From an uncultured Lachnospiraceae bacterium (GTDB lineage Bacteria; Bacillota; Clostridia; Oscillospirales; CAG-272): 34,151 nt of DNA. Under the pieces are notes generated by a model. The model saw only the letters and a list, made by a program, of their open reading frames with translations. It was not told the DNA's origin and made no database searches. A program made the position numbers and the translations under genes. The stretch is taken from assembly GCA_964580615.1 (NCBI GenBank), contig CAZOMK010000001.1:1-34151 (forward strand), given 5' to 3'. Below, piece after piece: positions 26,425 to 34,151 of this stretch. Each line of letters starts with the position of its first letter. The first letter of the stretch is position 1.

Positions 26425-28040
26425 AAAAACGCATTTTTTCTCTGCTTCTTGCGTTTGTTCTGGCAACGACGGCACTTTGCGCCTGTCACGGAGCGCGCTC
26501 CTCTCCCGCGTTTGAAATGCCGGACGATTTTAATTCCGACGCCGAATACGAGATAACGTTTTGGGCTAAAAACGACACAAACATGACTCAGGTTGAGATA
26601 TATCACCGTGCGGTCGAGGGCTTTGAGTCCCTGTACCCGAACGTGAAAGTAAATCTGCGTCTGTACAATGATTATTCCAAGATCTATAACGACGTAATCA
26701 CAAACATTTCAACAAATACGACGCCTAATGTCTGCATAACGTACCCCGATCACATCGCAACGTACATGACAGGTCAAAATATCGTCCTGCCGCTTGACAA
26801 GCTCATGGTGGATGAAAAATACGGTCTCGGCGGCAGTGAGCTTCGCTTTGACGCGCCGACCGCAGACGAGATCATCCCTCAATTTCTTTCCGAGGGCGTC
26901 ATAAACGGCACACAGTACGCGCTCCCCTTTATGCGTTCGACGGAAGCCTGCTACGTAAACAAAACGTACGTTGAGGCGCTCGGCTACGAGCTTCCCGAAA
27001 CGCTGACATGGGACTTCGTTTGGGAGGTTTCGGACGCGGCGACGAAAAAGAACGCGGACGGTACCTACGCCGTCAACGGTCAAAACGTCATGATCCCCTT
27101 TATCTACAAATCGACCGATAACATGATGATACAAATGCTGCGTCAGCTCGGCGGCGATTACTCGACAGACGACGGCGATATCCTCATCTTCAACGATCAA
27201 ACAAAAAAGCTTCTTTATACAGTCTCCGATCACGCGCGGCTCGGCGCGTTCTCGACCTTTAAGATATCGAGCTACCCCGCAAACTTCCTCAACGCAGGTC
27301 AATGCATTTTTGCCGTCGATTCAACGGCGGGCGCTACCTGGATGGGCAGTGACGCCCCTTTGATCGACATCAGCGAGGAAAGCATTGTTGATTTTGAAAC
27401 GGTCGTTATGCCGATCCCGCAATTCGATGCGGAAAATCCGCAGATGATCTCGCAGGGCCCCTCTGTCTGCATTTTCAATAAGGACGATCCGCAGGAGGTG
27501 CTTGCAAGCTGGCTTTTCGCGCAGTATTTGCTCACGAACGACGTTCAGATTGCATATTCTCAAACGGAGGGCTACACTCCGGTAACGTCAAAGGCTCAAT
27601 CGTCGGCTGAATACACCGATTATCTCTCCCGAAGTGGCGAGGACAACGAGCTTTATTACAGCATCAAGCTTGATGCTACGCGTTTGCTGCTCGACAACAT
27701 CGAAAACACGTTTGTAACACCCGTATTTAACGGTTCTGCGTCGCTCAGAAGCGCCGCCGGTCAACTTATCGAGGATGCTACAAAAGCCGTCAGCAGAGGA
27801 AAAACAGTCGATGAGAGCTTCATGTCGGAGCTGTTCGATAATATGTCGTCTCTGTACAGGCTCGATCAAATAAGCAATCTCGGCAAAAACACCTCCGTTG
27901 AGGACGAGCCGCTTCCCGTCGAATCCCGCGCACTTATAATAGCGCTCGCCGTCATTTGGCTCGGAATTGCAGCTTATTTTATTTACGAAAAAATTCAACT
28001 CAAAAAGCTCGAAAAACACAAAAAAGCATTGCATATTTAA
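26421..28040 (+). CDS. extracellular solute-binding lipoprotein with an extra C-terminal TM helix
   Basis: The ATG overlaps the upstream stop as ATGA. It has a lipoprotein-type signal (LLLAFVLATTALCAC) and an SBP family-1-like body (ITFWAKND..., ALPFMRSTEACYVNK). The final ~38 aa form a hydrophobic helix (ALIIALAVIWLGIAAYFIY) plus a Lys-rich tail. Confidence 0.85.
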   Translation: MKKRIFSLLLAFVLATTALCACHGARSSPAFEMPDDFNSDAEYEITFWAKNDTNMTQVEIYHRAVEGFESLYPNVKVNLRLYNDYSKIYNDVITNISTNTTPNVCITYPDHIATYMTGQNIVLPLDKLMVDEKYGLGGSELRFDAPTADEIIPQFLSEGVINGTQYALPFMRSTEACYVNKTYVEALGYELPETLTWDFVWEVSDAATKKNADGTYAVNGQNVMIPFIYKSTDNMMIQMLRQLGGDYSTDDGDILIFNDQTKKLLYTVSDHARLGAFSTFKISSYPANFLNAGQCIFAVDSTAGATWMGSDAPLIDISEESIVDFETVVMPIPQFDAENPQMISQGPSVCIFNKDDPQEVLASWLFAQYLLTNDVQIAYSQTEGYTPVTSKAQSSAEYTDYLSRSGEDNELYYSIKLDATRLLLDNIENTFVTPVFNGSASLRSAAGQLIEDATKAVSRGKTVDESFMSELFDNMSSLYRLDQISNLGKNTSVEDEPLPVESRALIIALAVIWLGIAAYFIYEKIQLKKLEKHKKALHI

Positions 28041-28063
28041 CGGTTTGGTGTATAATAACATTT

Positions 28064-28077
28064 AGGATCATGTGATC
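28064..28077. promoter_or_regulatory. perfect 6-2-6 palindrome GGATCAtgTGATCC, candidate operator
   Basis: It lies 9 nt downstream of a TATAAT (28050-28055) and 27 nt upstream of the lipoprotein ATG. Confidence 0.3.
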
Positions 28078-28103
28078 CGTGATAATTATAAGGAGATTTA
28101 CTT

Positions 28104-28808
28104 ATGAAAAGAATTATTGCTTTCGCTCTCGTTTGCATTATGGCTCTCGGCTTCACGGCTTGCGGCGATGATATTCACGCAAAATCCGAAGGCGTTATGA
28201 CCTATGAAGAATATGCAGCGGCTGAGCTCCACGCAGAAGTTACTGTTGAATGCTTCGTTCAGGGTAATCAGTCCTGGTGGTTCAACAGCGAAAAGAACAA
28301 GGGCGTCATCTCTGTTTACGCACAGGATAAAGACGGCGCTTACTTCCTTTACGAAATGGAATGCACCGAAGAAAACGCCAAGAAGCTCACTGCCGGCACA
28401 AAGATCCGCGTAAAGGGCTACAAAGGAGAATGGGCAGGCGAATTCGAGATCGTAGACGCTACATTCGAGATCCTCGAAGGCAACTGGGTTGCAGAAGCTA
28501 TGGACGCTACATCCCTTCTCGGCAAGGATGAGCTTGTTAATCATCAGAACAAGTTCGCTTCCTTCAAGGGTATGAAGGTTGAAGCTATCGAGTACAAGAA
28601 CGGCGAGCCCGGCGACGACATCTACGTAACACTCAGCTACGGCGGCGCTTCTTACTCTTTCTGCGTTGAATCCTACCTCACCTCCCCCGATTCCGACGTT
28701 TACAAGACAGTTGGCGAGCTTAAGACAGGCGACACTGTTGACGTTGAAGGCTTCCTTTATTGGTATAACGGCGTTAACACGCACATCACCTCCATCGTTA
28801 AAAAGTAA
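28104..28808 (+). CDS. lipoprotein with two OB-fold-like repeats, function unknown
   Basis: AAGGAG lies 8 nt upstream. It has the lipobox ALGFTAC. It also has an internal repeat (LTAGTKIRVKGYKGEW versus LKTGDTVDVEGFLYW). Confidence 0.8.
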   Translation: MKRIIAFALVCIMALGFTACGDDIHAKSEGVMTYEEYAAAELHAEVTVECFVQGNQSWWFNSEKNKGVISVYAQDKDGAYFLYEMECTEENAKKLTAGTKIRVKGYKGEWAGEFEIVDATFEILEGNWVAEAMDATSLLGKDELVNHQNKFASFKGMKVEAIEYKNGEPGDDIYVTLSYGGASYSFCVESYLTSPDSDVYKTVGELKTGDTVDVEGFLYWYNGVNTHITSIVKK

Positions 28809-28820
28809 TTAACAGCACAA

Positions 28821-28855
28821 AAGGCTTACGGATTTCCGTAAGCCCTTTTCGTTTT
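28821..28855. terminator. bidirectional rho-independent terminator
   Basis: GGCTTACGGA (28823-28832) pairs with TCCGTAAGCC (28835-28844). An A-run lies upstream and CTTTTCGTTTTT downstream. It sits between convergent genes. Confidence 0.8.
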
Positions 28856-29596
28856 TCAGCCTTGTCTGAGTCGCTTGACCGCCTCGCAGTCTGCTGTACC
28901 GAGGTATTCAAGTGCATCCTCGATTATTTCGTTTTCGTCCGCGCACACATATTTCCCGTAATCATCAACGGACGTCAGCTTCCGACAGAACGCGTTTGCC
29001 GCGAAGCGGGAGTTCGGCATCGCGTGAAAATCAGATCCTGCCGTTCGGTGAAGCTCGTAATGCGACGCATAAAAATTACTGAGCTCCGAATCCTTCGGAG
29101 TCTTGTTGACTGTGCAATTATAAACCTCGGCAGCGTCAGTCAATCTGGGAAACAAACGCAAAAACGGCACCCACGGCGCCTCCCTGAACGGGTGCGCCTG
29201 CGAGAGAAATGCCCCCGCCTCGTGCGCGCGTTTGCAATACTCATTGACGCTCCAGCTGCAAACGTCGGGATTTGAGAGCAGCCACTCTTTGTCAAGCCCG
29301 TAGGTCAGTATCTCCGAGCCGCCGTGACAGTATTCCCAACCGAAAAAAACGTCCAGACCGATCTCGTCGCCGCGTTTCTTCGCGTTTTCGTAGCCACGCA
29401 TAAACAGCTCAACTCTTTCCTCCCACGGCAGATCGCGCGGAACGGCGCAATTTCCGTTAAAGAAATGATCTGTTATTATTATTCCCGTATAGCCTATCGC
29501 CTTGTAAAAATCAGCCGCGTCCGCGCCCTTGATCCGCGAGCAAGCACTGCCCTCCGACGTATGCATATGCGCTTCATATAAAAATTTTTTGCTCAT
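28856..29596 (-). CDS. PHP-domain metal-dependent phosphoesterase
   Basis: The ATG at 29596 follows GGAGAT. It has HMHTSEGSAC, ITDH, GWEY, the SQAHPF region and GSDFH, the usual PHP metal ligand series. The track ORF to 29635 is over-extended. Confidence 0.8.
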   Translation of the reverse strand: MSKKFLYEAHMHTSEGSACSRIKGADAADFYKAIGYTGIIITDHFFNGNCAVPRDLPWEERVELFMRGYENAKKRGDEIGLDVFFGWEYCHGGSEILTYGLDKEWLLSNPDVCSWSVNEYCKRAHEAGAFLSQAHPFREAPWVPFLRLFPRLTDAAEVYNCTVNKTPKDSELSNFYASHYELHRTAGSDFHAMPNSRFAANAFCRKLTSVDDYGKYVCADENEIIEDALEYLGTADCEAVKRLRQG

Positions 29597-29626
29597 AAAT
29601 AATCTCCGTTTGTTTTTTGCGCTTTT

Positions 29627-29655
29627 ATTGTACAACGTGCGTCAACTATTGTCAA
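29627..29655 (-). promoter_or_regulatory. promoter of the PHP gene
   Basis: The minus strand reads TTGACA (29655-29650), a 17-nt spacer, then TACAAT (29632-29627). Confidence 0.65.
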
Positions 29656-29690
29656 GAATCTAAAAAAGGCTTTAATTTCGGCAAATTTTA

Positions 29691-29699
29691 TGATACAAT
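29691..29699 (+). promoter_or_regulatory. extended -10 element upstream of the 985-aa surface protein gene
   Basis: TGaTACAAT lies about 36 nt upstream of the GTG start. Confidence 0.45.
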
Positions 29700-29734
29700 A
29701 TATAAACAAGCTGTCACGAAAGGAGGCTGTGCCC

Positions 29735-32692
29735 GTGAAAAAACGCATCGCTTTGATTTTTTCGATGCTCGTCATATTGACGGCGCTTACGTCTGTTCAT
29801 GTTCGCGCGGACGAAGAACCGATCCTGCCGATCGTCATCGACGACATGGCAAGCGCAAGCGTCTGGGATGTGCCGTCCCTCAACGTTTCGCAAATTGCAT
29901 ATACGGACGAGACCTCCGCGATGGCAAGCTCCGAAACAGACGGCGGTTACCTTTGCTTCACCGCATCGGGACTGAGCTCCGGCAGTGAGCTTTCCGCGAC
30001 GCGTTGCCTTGACGAGCCGATCAACCTTTATAATTATTCCGCAATTTCGTTTAATTACTATATTCCGTCAAGCGAAACGACGAGCAGCGTTGCATATAAT
30101 TTCACAGTGACGCTTGCGTCGGGCGCCTCGACAGTCTCGTCGTCGTTTGCCGCCGTTACGGACAAATGGACAACGGCGGAGATCGCGTTTGATACCTGGC
30201 ACAAACGCAACTCCGTTGACGCGATAACAATAACAGTCTCCCCGATTTTTGACTCGGAAACGTCCGAAAAGCTCGATGCTTCCTTCTGTGTTGACGGAAT
30301 CACCGCTTCGCGCGCCGCAGACACCTCCTACGAGGACAGATTTATGACAGCGTCGTTTTCCGTCAAGGACGGTACTGTCACAAACTACGCAGACGGCACG
30401 GTGCTTTGGCGTCGAGCCGCCGCTTCCTCCATTTCGGCAAACATTTCATATTCCTCCGTCTCCGAAGCACTTGGACACAACACGTTGCGCATCGTTCTTT
30501 CGGCAAATACGGATACGGAGCTTCATTTTTCCGCCATCTACGAGGACGGAACAGTCTATGAGGGTAAATCTCAAACGGTTTCCGAGGGAAGCGGAATGCT
30601 TGCTTGCTATTTCAGCTTTCCCTCGCCCGAAAAGGCGCTTCGATTTGCAATAGCGTCCGACACAGAGCTCGGCGGCACTGTCACGCTGTACGGAATCGAC
30701 ACCTTGTATATGCCCGTGTCGATCGCGCCGACCGTTCTCGGAACGCTCGACGTCTGCGCCTTTGACGCGGACGGATCGCTAAATCTACGTGGTACGATCT
30801 CGTCGGACACTGTAGCGGAGCATATAAACGGCTCAATCTGCATATACGCCGTGCCGCTTTACGCCGAAACGGAGGAAACAGTGCTCACCTCCGAGCCGAT
30901 TGCAAAAGCAACAATGACGACCCGTTTCAATCTCACCATCGACGCGGCGTCCCTGCCCGACGGCTCTGCCGCCATGAAATACGCTGTCGTCATATCGGAT
31001 AAATCGTCGCTGGTTTCCGTTTGCGAGCCGCTTTTGCCCGAAACAAAAAAAGCGGGCGCTTCCGTCCCCGTTCGCTCAAACAGCATCAAGGGAATAACAA
31101 ACGCCGATATAAGTCACGAAGCGGGACTGACGGAAATTACCGTCGAGCTTAACACGCTGTTCGGCACGCCATCATCTTCGAAAATATATTCCGCCTTCGG
31201 TGAGCTTTATTATTTCAGCTCTGAACAGCTTTCCGAGCTTGACTCCGCTGTAAAAGCAGTCTCACTTTCGGGCACGGACGTATATCTGCGCCTCACTCGC
31301 GGCGCGACAGACGCCGCGCTTGTCCCGATCATTTCGGCAGACGATGAAAAATCATTCCGTGAGCTTTACGCCGCTGTCGATTTTCTCACATCGCGCTATT
31401 CCTCCGACGAATACGGCTATGTGAGCGGTATGATAATCGGGAATTCGCCCACAGACGTAATCGGCTCCGCCGTTTTCGATGCAACCGCCGTCAAGTCGTT
31501 TGTAATGACCGCTGCCGTCGTGTACGGTGCAGGTGGACTTAACATCGCGGATTTCAATGTTATTTTCCCCGTCAACGATACGTTTGTCAGCGTTGCGCCG
31601 TCGCTCATGTCGTCGGAGCTTATGCTGCGACTTATAACAAGCTACACGGAAGAAATCGGACTTTCCGACTACGGCATCCTTTGGCAGACCGACTCCGTCT
31701 CATCAACACAAACAAAATACGGCATTTCTTCGCTCGATTACATCTCCAAGTATATTTCTTCGCTCGGCGGAAATTCGCCGCAATTCTATTTTCTGAAATA
31801 CACCCCGTCGGAGCTCAATCTCGCATCCCGCAATCTGCTTTTGAAAAGCGTCGTCCCCGCATACTTTGCGGCGTGCTCGCAAAGCTCCGCGCAAGGCTTC
31901 ATTCTAAACGCCGCAAGCGCACCTGACGTCTCGTCCGACAACGATTTTGCGAAAATTTTCGCAGAGCTTGACACGAATATGTACGAAAGCGCCGTTTCCG
32001 AGATATATGCCTCGGAGGACGAGCTTCCGCGACCTTCCGCCGCGGCGGAAAAGCGCGCCTTTGCGCGTACCGTTTCAAGCATTACGGCGAGCACCTCCGT
32101 CGGCACCGTCGGAAGCGCCGTCTTGTTCGATTACAACAGCTCATTTTACACCGGCGGCTGGTTTTCCCTGTCGCGTTCGGGCGAATGCATGACTGTCAAA
32201 GCGGACAATGGACGTGTCCTTCGCTGTACGGGCGGAGTAATGTTTTCTTCCGCGACGTCTCCGATTGATCTTTCGTCAGCACCCGTGCTTTCGTTTGAGA
32301 TGTACGGAAGCACCGCGACAGCTTACACATTCACTCTCATCTCCGCGCACTCCATAGCATCAGTCGATGTCAACGTAAGCGAATCCGCGGAAAAAATCTA
32401 CATTGACCTTTCCGAATTTGACGAGCTTTCCGCCATCACCGGCATCATTCTTCGTCAGAAGGATACTTCCGACGCGTCGCTGTTTATAAAAAACATTCAC
32501 GTCAACAGCCATGAGCTTACCGACGCCGAGCTTTCCGAAATATTCAACGCTAATCTGATCGGTAAGCCGAGTGCGCCTCCACCGGCGGAGGAAAACATCG
32601 TCGAGATCATCGCAGTCATTTCCGCCGCCGCGATCGTTTCAGCGATGTTATTAATTCTTCTGCGAAGCCGAAGCAAGAAAGCGCAAGACTGA
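29735..32692 (+). CDS. 985-aa secreted, C-terminally anchored surface protein of unknown function
   Basis: The GTG at 29735 lies 8 nt after AGGAGG (29721-29726). It has a signal peptide (KKRIALIFSMLVILTALTSVHVRA) and Ser/Thr/Ala-rich beta-sandwich-like modules at both ends. The C-terminus has a TM helix and RSRSKK. The track start at 29690 is over-extended. Confidence 0.85.
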   Translation: MKKRIALIFSMLVILTALTSVHVRADEEPILPIVIDDMASASVWDVPSLNVSQIAYTDETSAMASSETDGGYLCFTASGLSSGSELSATRCLDEPINLYNYSAISFNYYIPSSETTSSVAYNFTVTLASGASTVSSSFAAVTDKWTTAEIAFDTWHKRNSVDAITITVSPIFDSETSEKLDASFCVDGITASRAADTSYEDRFMTASFSVKDGTVTNYADGTVLWRRAAASSISANISYSSVSEALGHNTLRIVLSANTDTELHFSAIYEDGTVYEGKSQTVSEGSGMLACYFSFPSPEKALRFAIASDTELGGTVTLYGIDTLYMPVSIAPTVLGTLDVCAFDADGSLNLRGTISSDTVAEHINGSICIYAVPLYAETEETVLTSEPIAKATMTTRFNLTIDAASLPDGSAAMKYAVVISDKSSLVSVCEPLLPETKKAGASVPVRSNSIKGITNADISHEAGLTEITVELNTLFGTPSSSKIYSAFGELYYFSSEQLSELDSAVKAVSLSGTDVYLRLTRGATDAALVPIISADDEKSFRELYAAVDFLTSRYSSDEYGYVSGMIIGNSPTDVIGSAVFDATAVKSFVMTAAVVYGAGGLNIADFNVIFPVNDTFVSVAPSLMSSELMLRLITSYTEEIGLSDYGILWQTDSVSSTQTKYGISSLDYISKYISSLGGNSPQFYFLKYTPSELNLASRNLLLKSVVPAYFAACSQSSAQGFILNAASAPDVSSDNDFAKIFAELDTNMYESAVSEIYASEDELPRPSAAAEKRAFARTVSSITASTSVGTVGSAVLFDYNSSFYTGGWFSLSRSGECMTVKADNGRVLRCTGGVMFSSATSPIDLSSAPVLSFEMYGSTATAYTFTLISAHSIASVDVNVSESAEKIYIDLSEFDELSAITGIILRQKDTSDASLFIKNIHVNSHELTDAELSEIFNANLIGKPSAPPPAEENIVEIIAVISAAAIVSAMLLILLRSRSKKAQD

Positions 32693-32713
32693 TCAAAACC
32701 GAATTTAAGCACA

Positions 32714-32742
32714 AAAAATCCCGCCTTACGGCGGGATTTTTA
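32714..32742. terminator. bidirectional rho-independent terminator
   Basis: ATCCCGCC (32718-32725), loop TTAC, GGCGGGAT (32730-32737). It is flanked by AAAAA and TTTTTATT, between convergent genes. Confidence 0.85.
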
Positions 32743-34032
32743 TTATTCTTTTTCTTCCGGCACTTCAAGCTTTTTTATCGAAACAGCTCTGACTGCCTTT
32801 TCGTCTGCGGAAAGAACAGTGAAAACGTACTTTTCGTACTCAACGGTTTCTCCGACCTCAGGGAGCTTTCCGAGCTCCTCGATGATCCAACCGTTCAAAG
32901 TCGTTGACTCGCCGTCAAATTCGATCTTCAACTGCTTTTCAAGACGTGTAAGGTCTGTTGAGCCGTCCGCCTGATATCCGTCGCCGGTTTCCGTGATCTG
33001 CTCATCAGCTTTGATTTCATACTCACCGAGCAAGCATTTTATGAGGTCGCTCATCGTTACGATACCGTCGGTACCGCCGAATTCGTCAACAACAACGGCA
33101 AATCTGATGCCCTCCTCCTTCATGTGCGAGAAAATATCTCCCGCCTTTGCGTATGAAGAAATAAAGCAGGGCTTGTTGACCGCGTTATTGAGCACCGCTT
33201 CCTTGTCGGTTTCTTTCATCGTAAGGAAGCGCTTTACATCAAGCACGCCTACGATATTGTCGGAATTTTCCGAATAAACAGGGTAATAATCGTACACGTT
33301 CTCGTGAATGATCTCTCTCCACTGATCAACGGACTCCTCGATGTCAAGCATCGTGACCTCTGTTCTGTGAACCATCGCCTCGCAGACAGAGATCGAGTCA
33401 AATTCGAAAAGATTCTGAATAATATCGTTTTCCTCGGAGTCGATAATTCCGCGCTCCGCACCGATGTCAGCCATCATTCTGATCTCCTCCTCGGAGACGT
33501 CGCCGTCAGCCGCAGACGGATCTATGTGCAGAAGGCGCAATATTCCGTTTGTTGAAACGGTAAGCAACCAAACGATAGGCGAAAAAAGCTTGGAAATGAT
33601 GCTTACGGGAAGCGCCAGCTTCAGCGATATCGGCTCAGACTTGCTTTGCGCGAGACGCTTCGGGACAAGCTCACCGAAAATAAGCGTTACAAATGAAAGC
33701 AAGAGCGTGATAAGCACAACGGATATGGCGTCAAGCGTCGATTCGCTAATTGTAACGCCTATCGAAATAAGCCATTTCACGATATATTCGGAAAAGTTGT
33801 CGGCTGCGAACGCACTTCCGAGATAGCCGGAAAGCGTGATCGCGACCTGTATTGTCGCCAAAAAGCGCGCAGGGTCTTTAGTAAGCTTAAAAAGACGTTT
33901 TGCCGAGCGATTTCCGTCCTCGGACATACGCTCAAGCTTTGCTTCGTTAACGGAAAGCACCGCAATCTCGGCACAAGCAAAGACTGCATTCAAAAATATA
34001 AGTATAACCTGTAATAATAAAGGTTTCAGCAT
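32743..34032 (-). CDS. CNNM/CorC-type (DUF21-CBS-CorC_HlyC) hemolysin-family transporter
   Basis: It has an N-terminal 4-TM DUF21 (FACAEIAVLSVN...GELVPKRLA), a CBS pair (MVHRTEV...YPVY; FAVVVDEFGGTDGIVTMSDL) and a C-terminal CorC_HlyC-like domain. An AGGAGAA RBS is present. Confidence 0.9.
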   Translation of the reverse strand: MLKPLLLQVILIFLNAVFACAEIAVLSVNEAKLERMSEDGNRSAKRLFKLTKDPARFLATIQVAITLSGYLGSAFAADNFSEYIVKWLISIGVTISESTLDAISVVLITLLLSFVTLIFGELVPKRLAQSKSEPISLKLALPVSIISKLFSPIVWLLTVSTNGILRLLHIDPSAADGDVSEEEIRMMADIGAERGIIDSEENDIIQNLFEFDSISVCEAMVHRTEVTMLDIEESVDQWREIIHENVYDYYPVYSENSDNIVGVLDVKRFLTMKETDKEAVLNNAVNKPCFISSYAKAGDIFSHMKEEGIRFAVVVDEFGGTDGIVTMSDLIKCLLGEYEIKADEQITETGDGYQADGSTDLTRLEKQLKIEFDGESTTLNGWIIEELGKLPEVGETVEYEKYVFTVLSADEKAVRAVSIKKLEVPEEKE

Positions 34033-34151
34033 AATATGTTATTCTCCTAAAATTAAAATTGATGTTTTTTGCGGATGCGGGTCATACGATCACATACGCA
34101 AAAAGCGGATCAATCTACGGAGAAACACGTAAATCCTGAACGGATCCAAAG

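Noticed and set aside
24648-28040. The ABC importer lacks an ATPase gene, considered as an anomaly.
   Set aside because: CUT1-family sugar importers in Firmicutes commonly share a single MsmK/MsiK-type ATPase encoded elsewhere, so its absence here is ordinary.
28064-28077. GGATCAtgTGATCC considered as the terminator of the SBP gene.
   Set aside because: The loop would be only 2 nt and no T tract follows. It sits in the operator position relative to a TATAAT, so it is kept only as a low-confidence regulatory candidate.
34033-34151. Upstream region of the CNNM/CorC-type gene, examined for a riboswitch (for example Mg or Mn sensing).
   Set aside because: Only about 120 nt are inside the window. 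I saw a direct CATACG repeat but no convincing conserved riboswitch core or stable multi-stem structure, so I cannot judge from a truncated region.
1-34151. Phage-defence island, CRISPR array, toxin-antitoxin pair, prophage or transposon.
   Set aside because: There are no repeat-spacer arrays, integrase or transposase genes, terminal inverted repeats, or nuclease, helicase, methylase or STAND-ATPase-like ORFs. The only large ATPase is a canonical FtsK. The accessory content is glycan and envelope related.

Overview
About 34 kb of a moderately GC-rich Firmicutes/Clostridia-like chromosome. That assignment is an inference from GGAGG-type RBSs, lipobox signal peptides, TTGACA/TATAAT promoters and gene content. 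Nearly all genes are on the + strand, and many are translationally coupled through ATGA/GTGA/TGATG overlaps. Region 1 (1-10.6 kb) is housekeeping: rpsO, a split TSUP transporter, ftsK/spoIIIE, a zinc-ribbon membrane protein, a thymidylate-kinase-like protein, DJ-1/PfpI, 5-formyl-THF cyclo-ligase, a CPBP protease, mltG, an alpha/beta hydrolase, a 73-aa orphan and a VanZ-like gene. Region 2 (10.7-20.6 kb) is one apparent operon: GH2, an unassignable 1053-aa protein, a GH43-like protein, a secreted HExxH/FIVAR/discoidin-like tail-anchored protein, and an AT-rich 161-aa orphan. Region 3 (20.7-24.5 kb) lies behind a consensus promoter and holds two tandem O-antigen-ligase-like (Wzy_C) paralogues plus a GT2 glycosyltransferase. 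Region 4 (24.6-28.8 kb) is a CUT1-type sugar ABC importer (two permeases and a doubly anchored binding protein, no ATPase) plus a duplicated OB-like lipoprotein. Region 5 (28.9-34.1 kb) holds a PHP phosphoesterase, a 985-aa tail-anchored surface protein of unknown function and a CNNM/CorC-type transporter. I found no rRNA, tRNA, CRISPR, transposase, integrase, transcription factor or recognisable phage-defence enzymes. I cannot point to one proven novel system. The best candidates for undescribed biology are the 1053-aa Cys/His-cluster protein within the glycan operon, the tandem ligase-like paralogues with GT2 (the first has ACG where its paralogue has the start codon), the C10 tract in the spacer of a divergent promoter, and the recurrent non-LPXTG C-terminal anchors on exported proteins.
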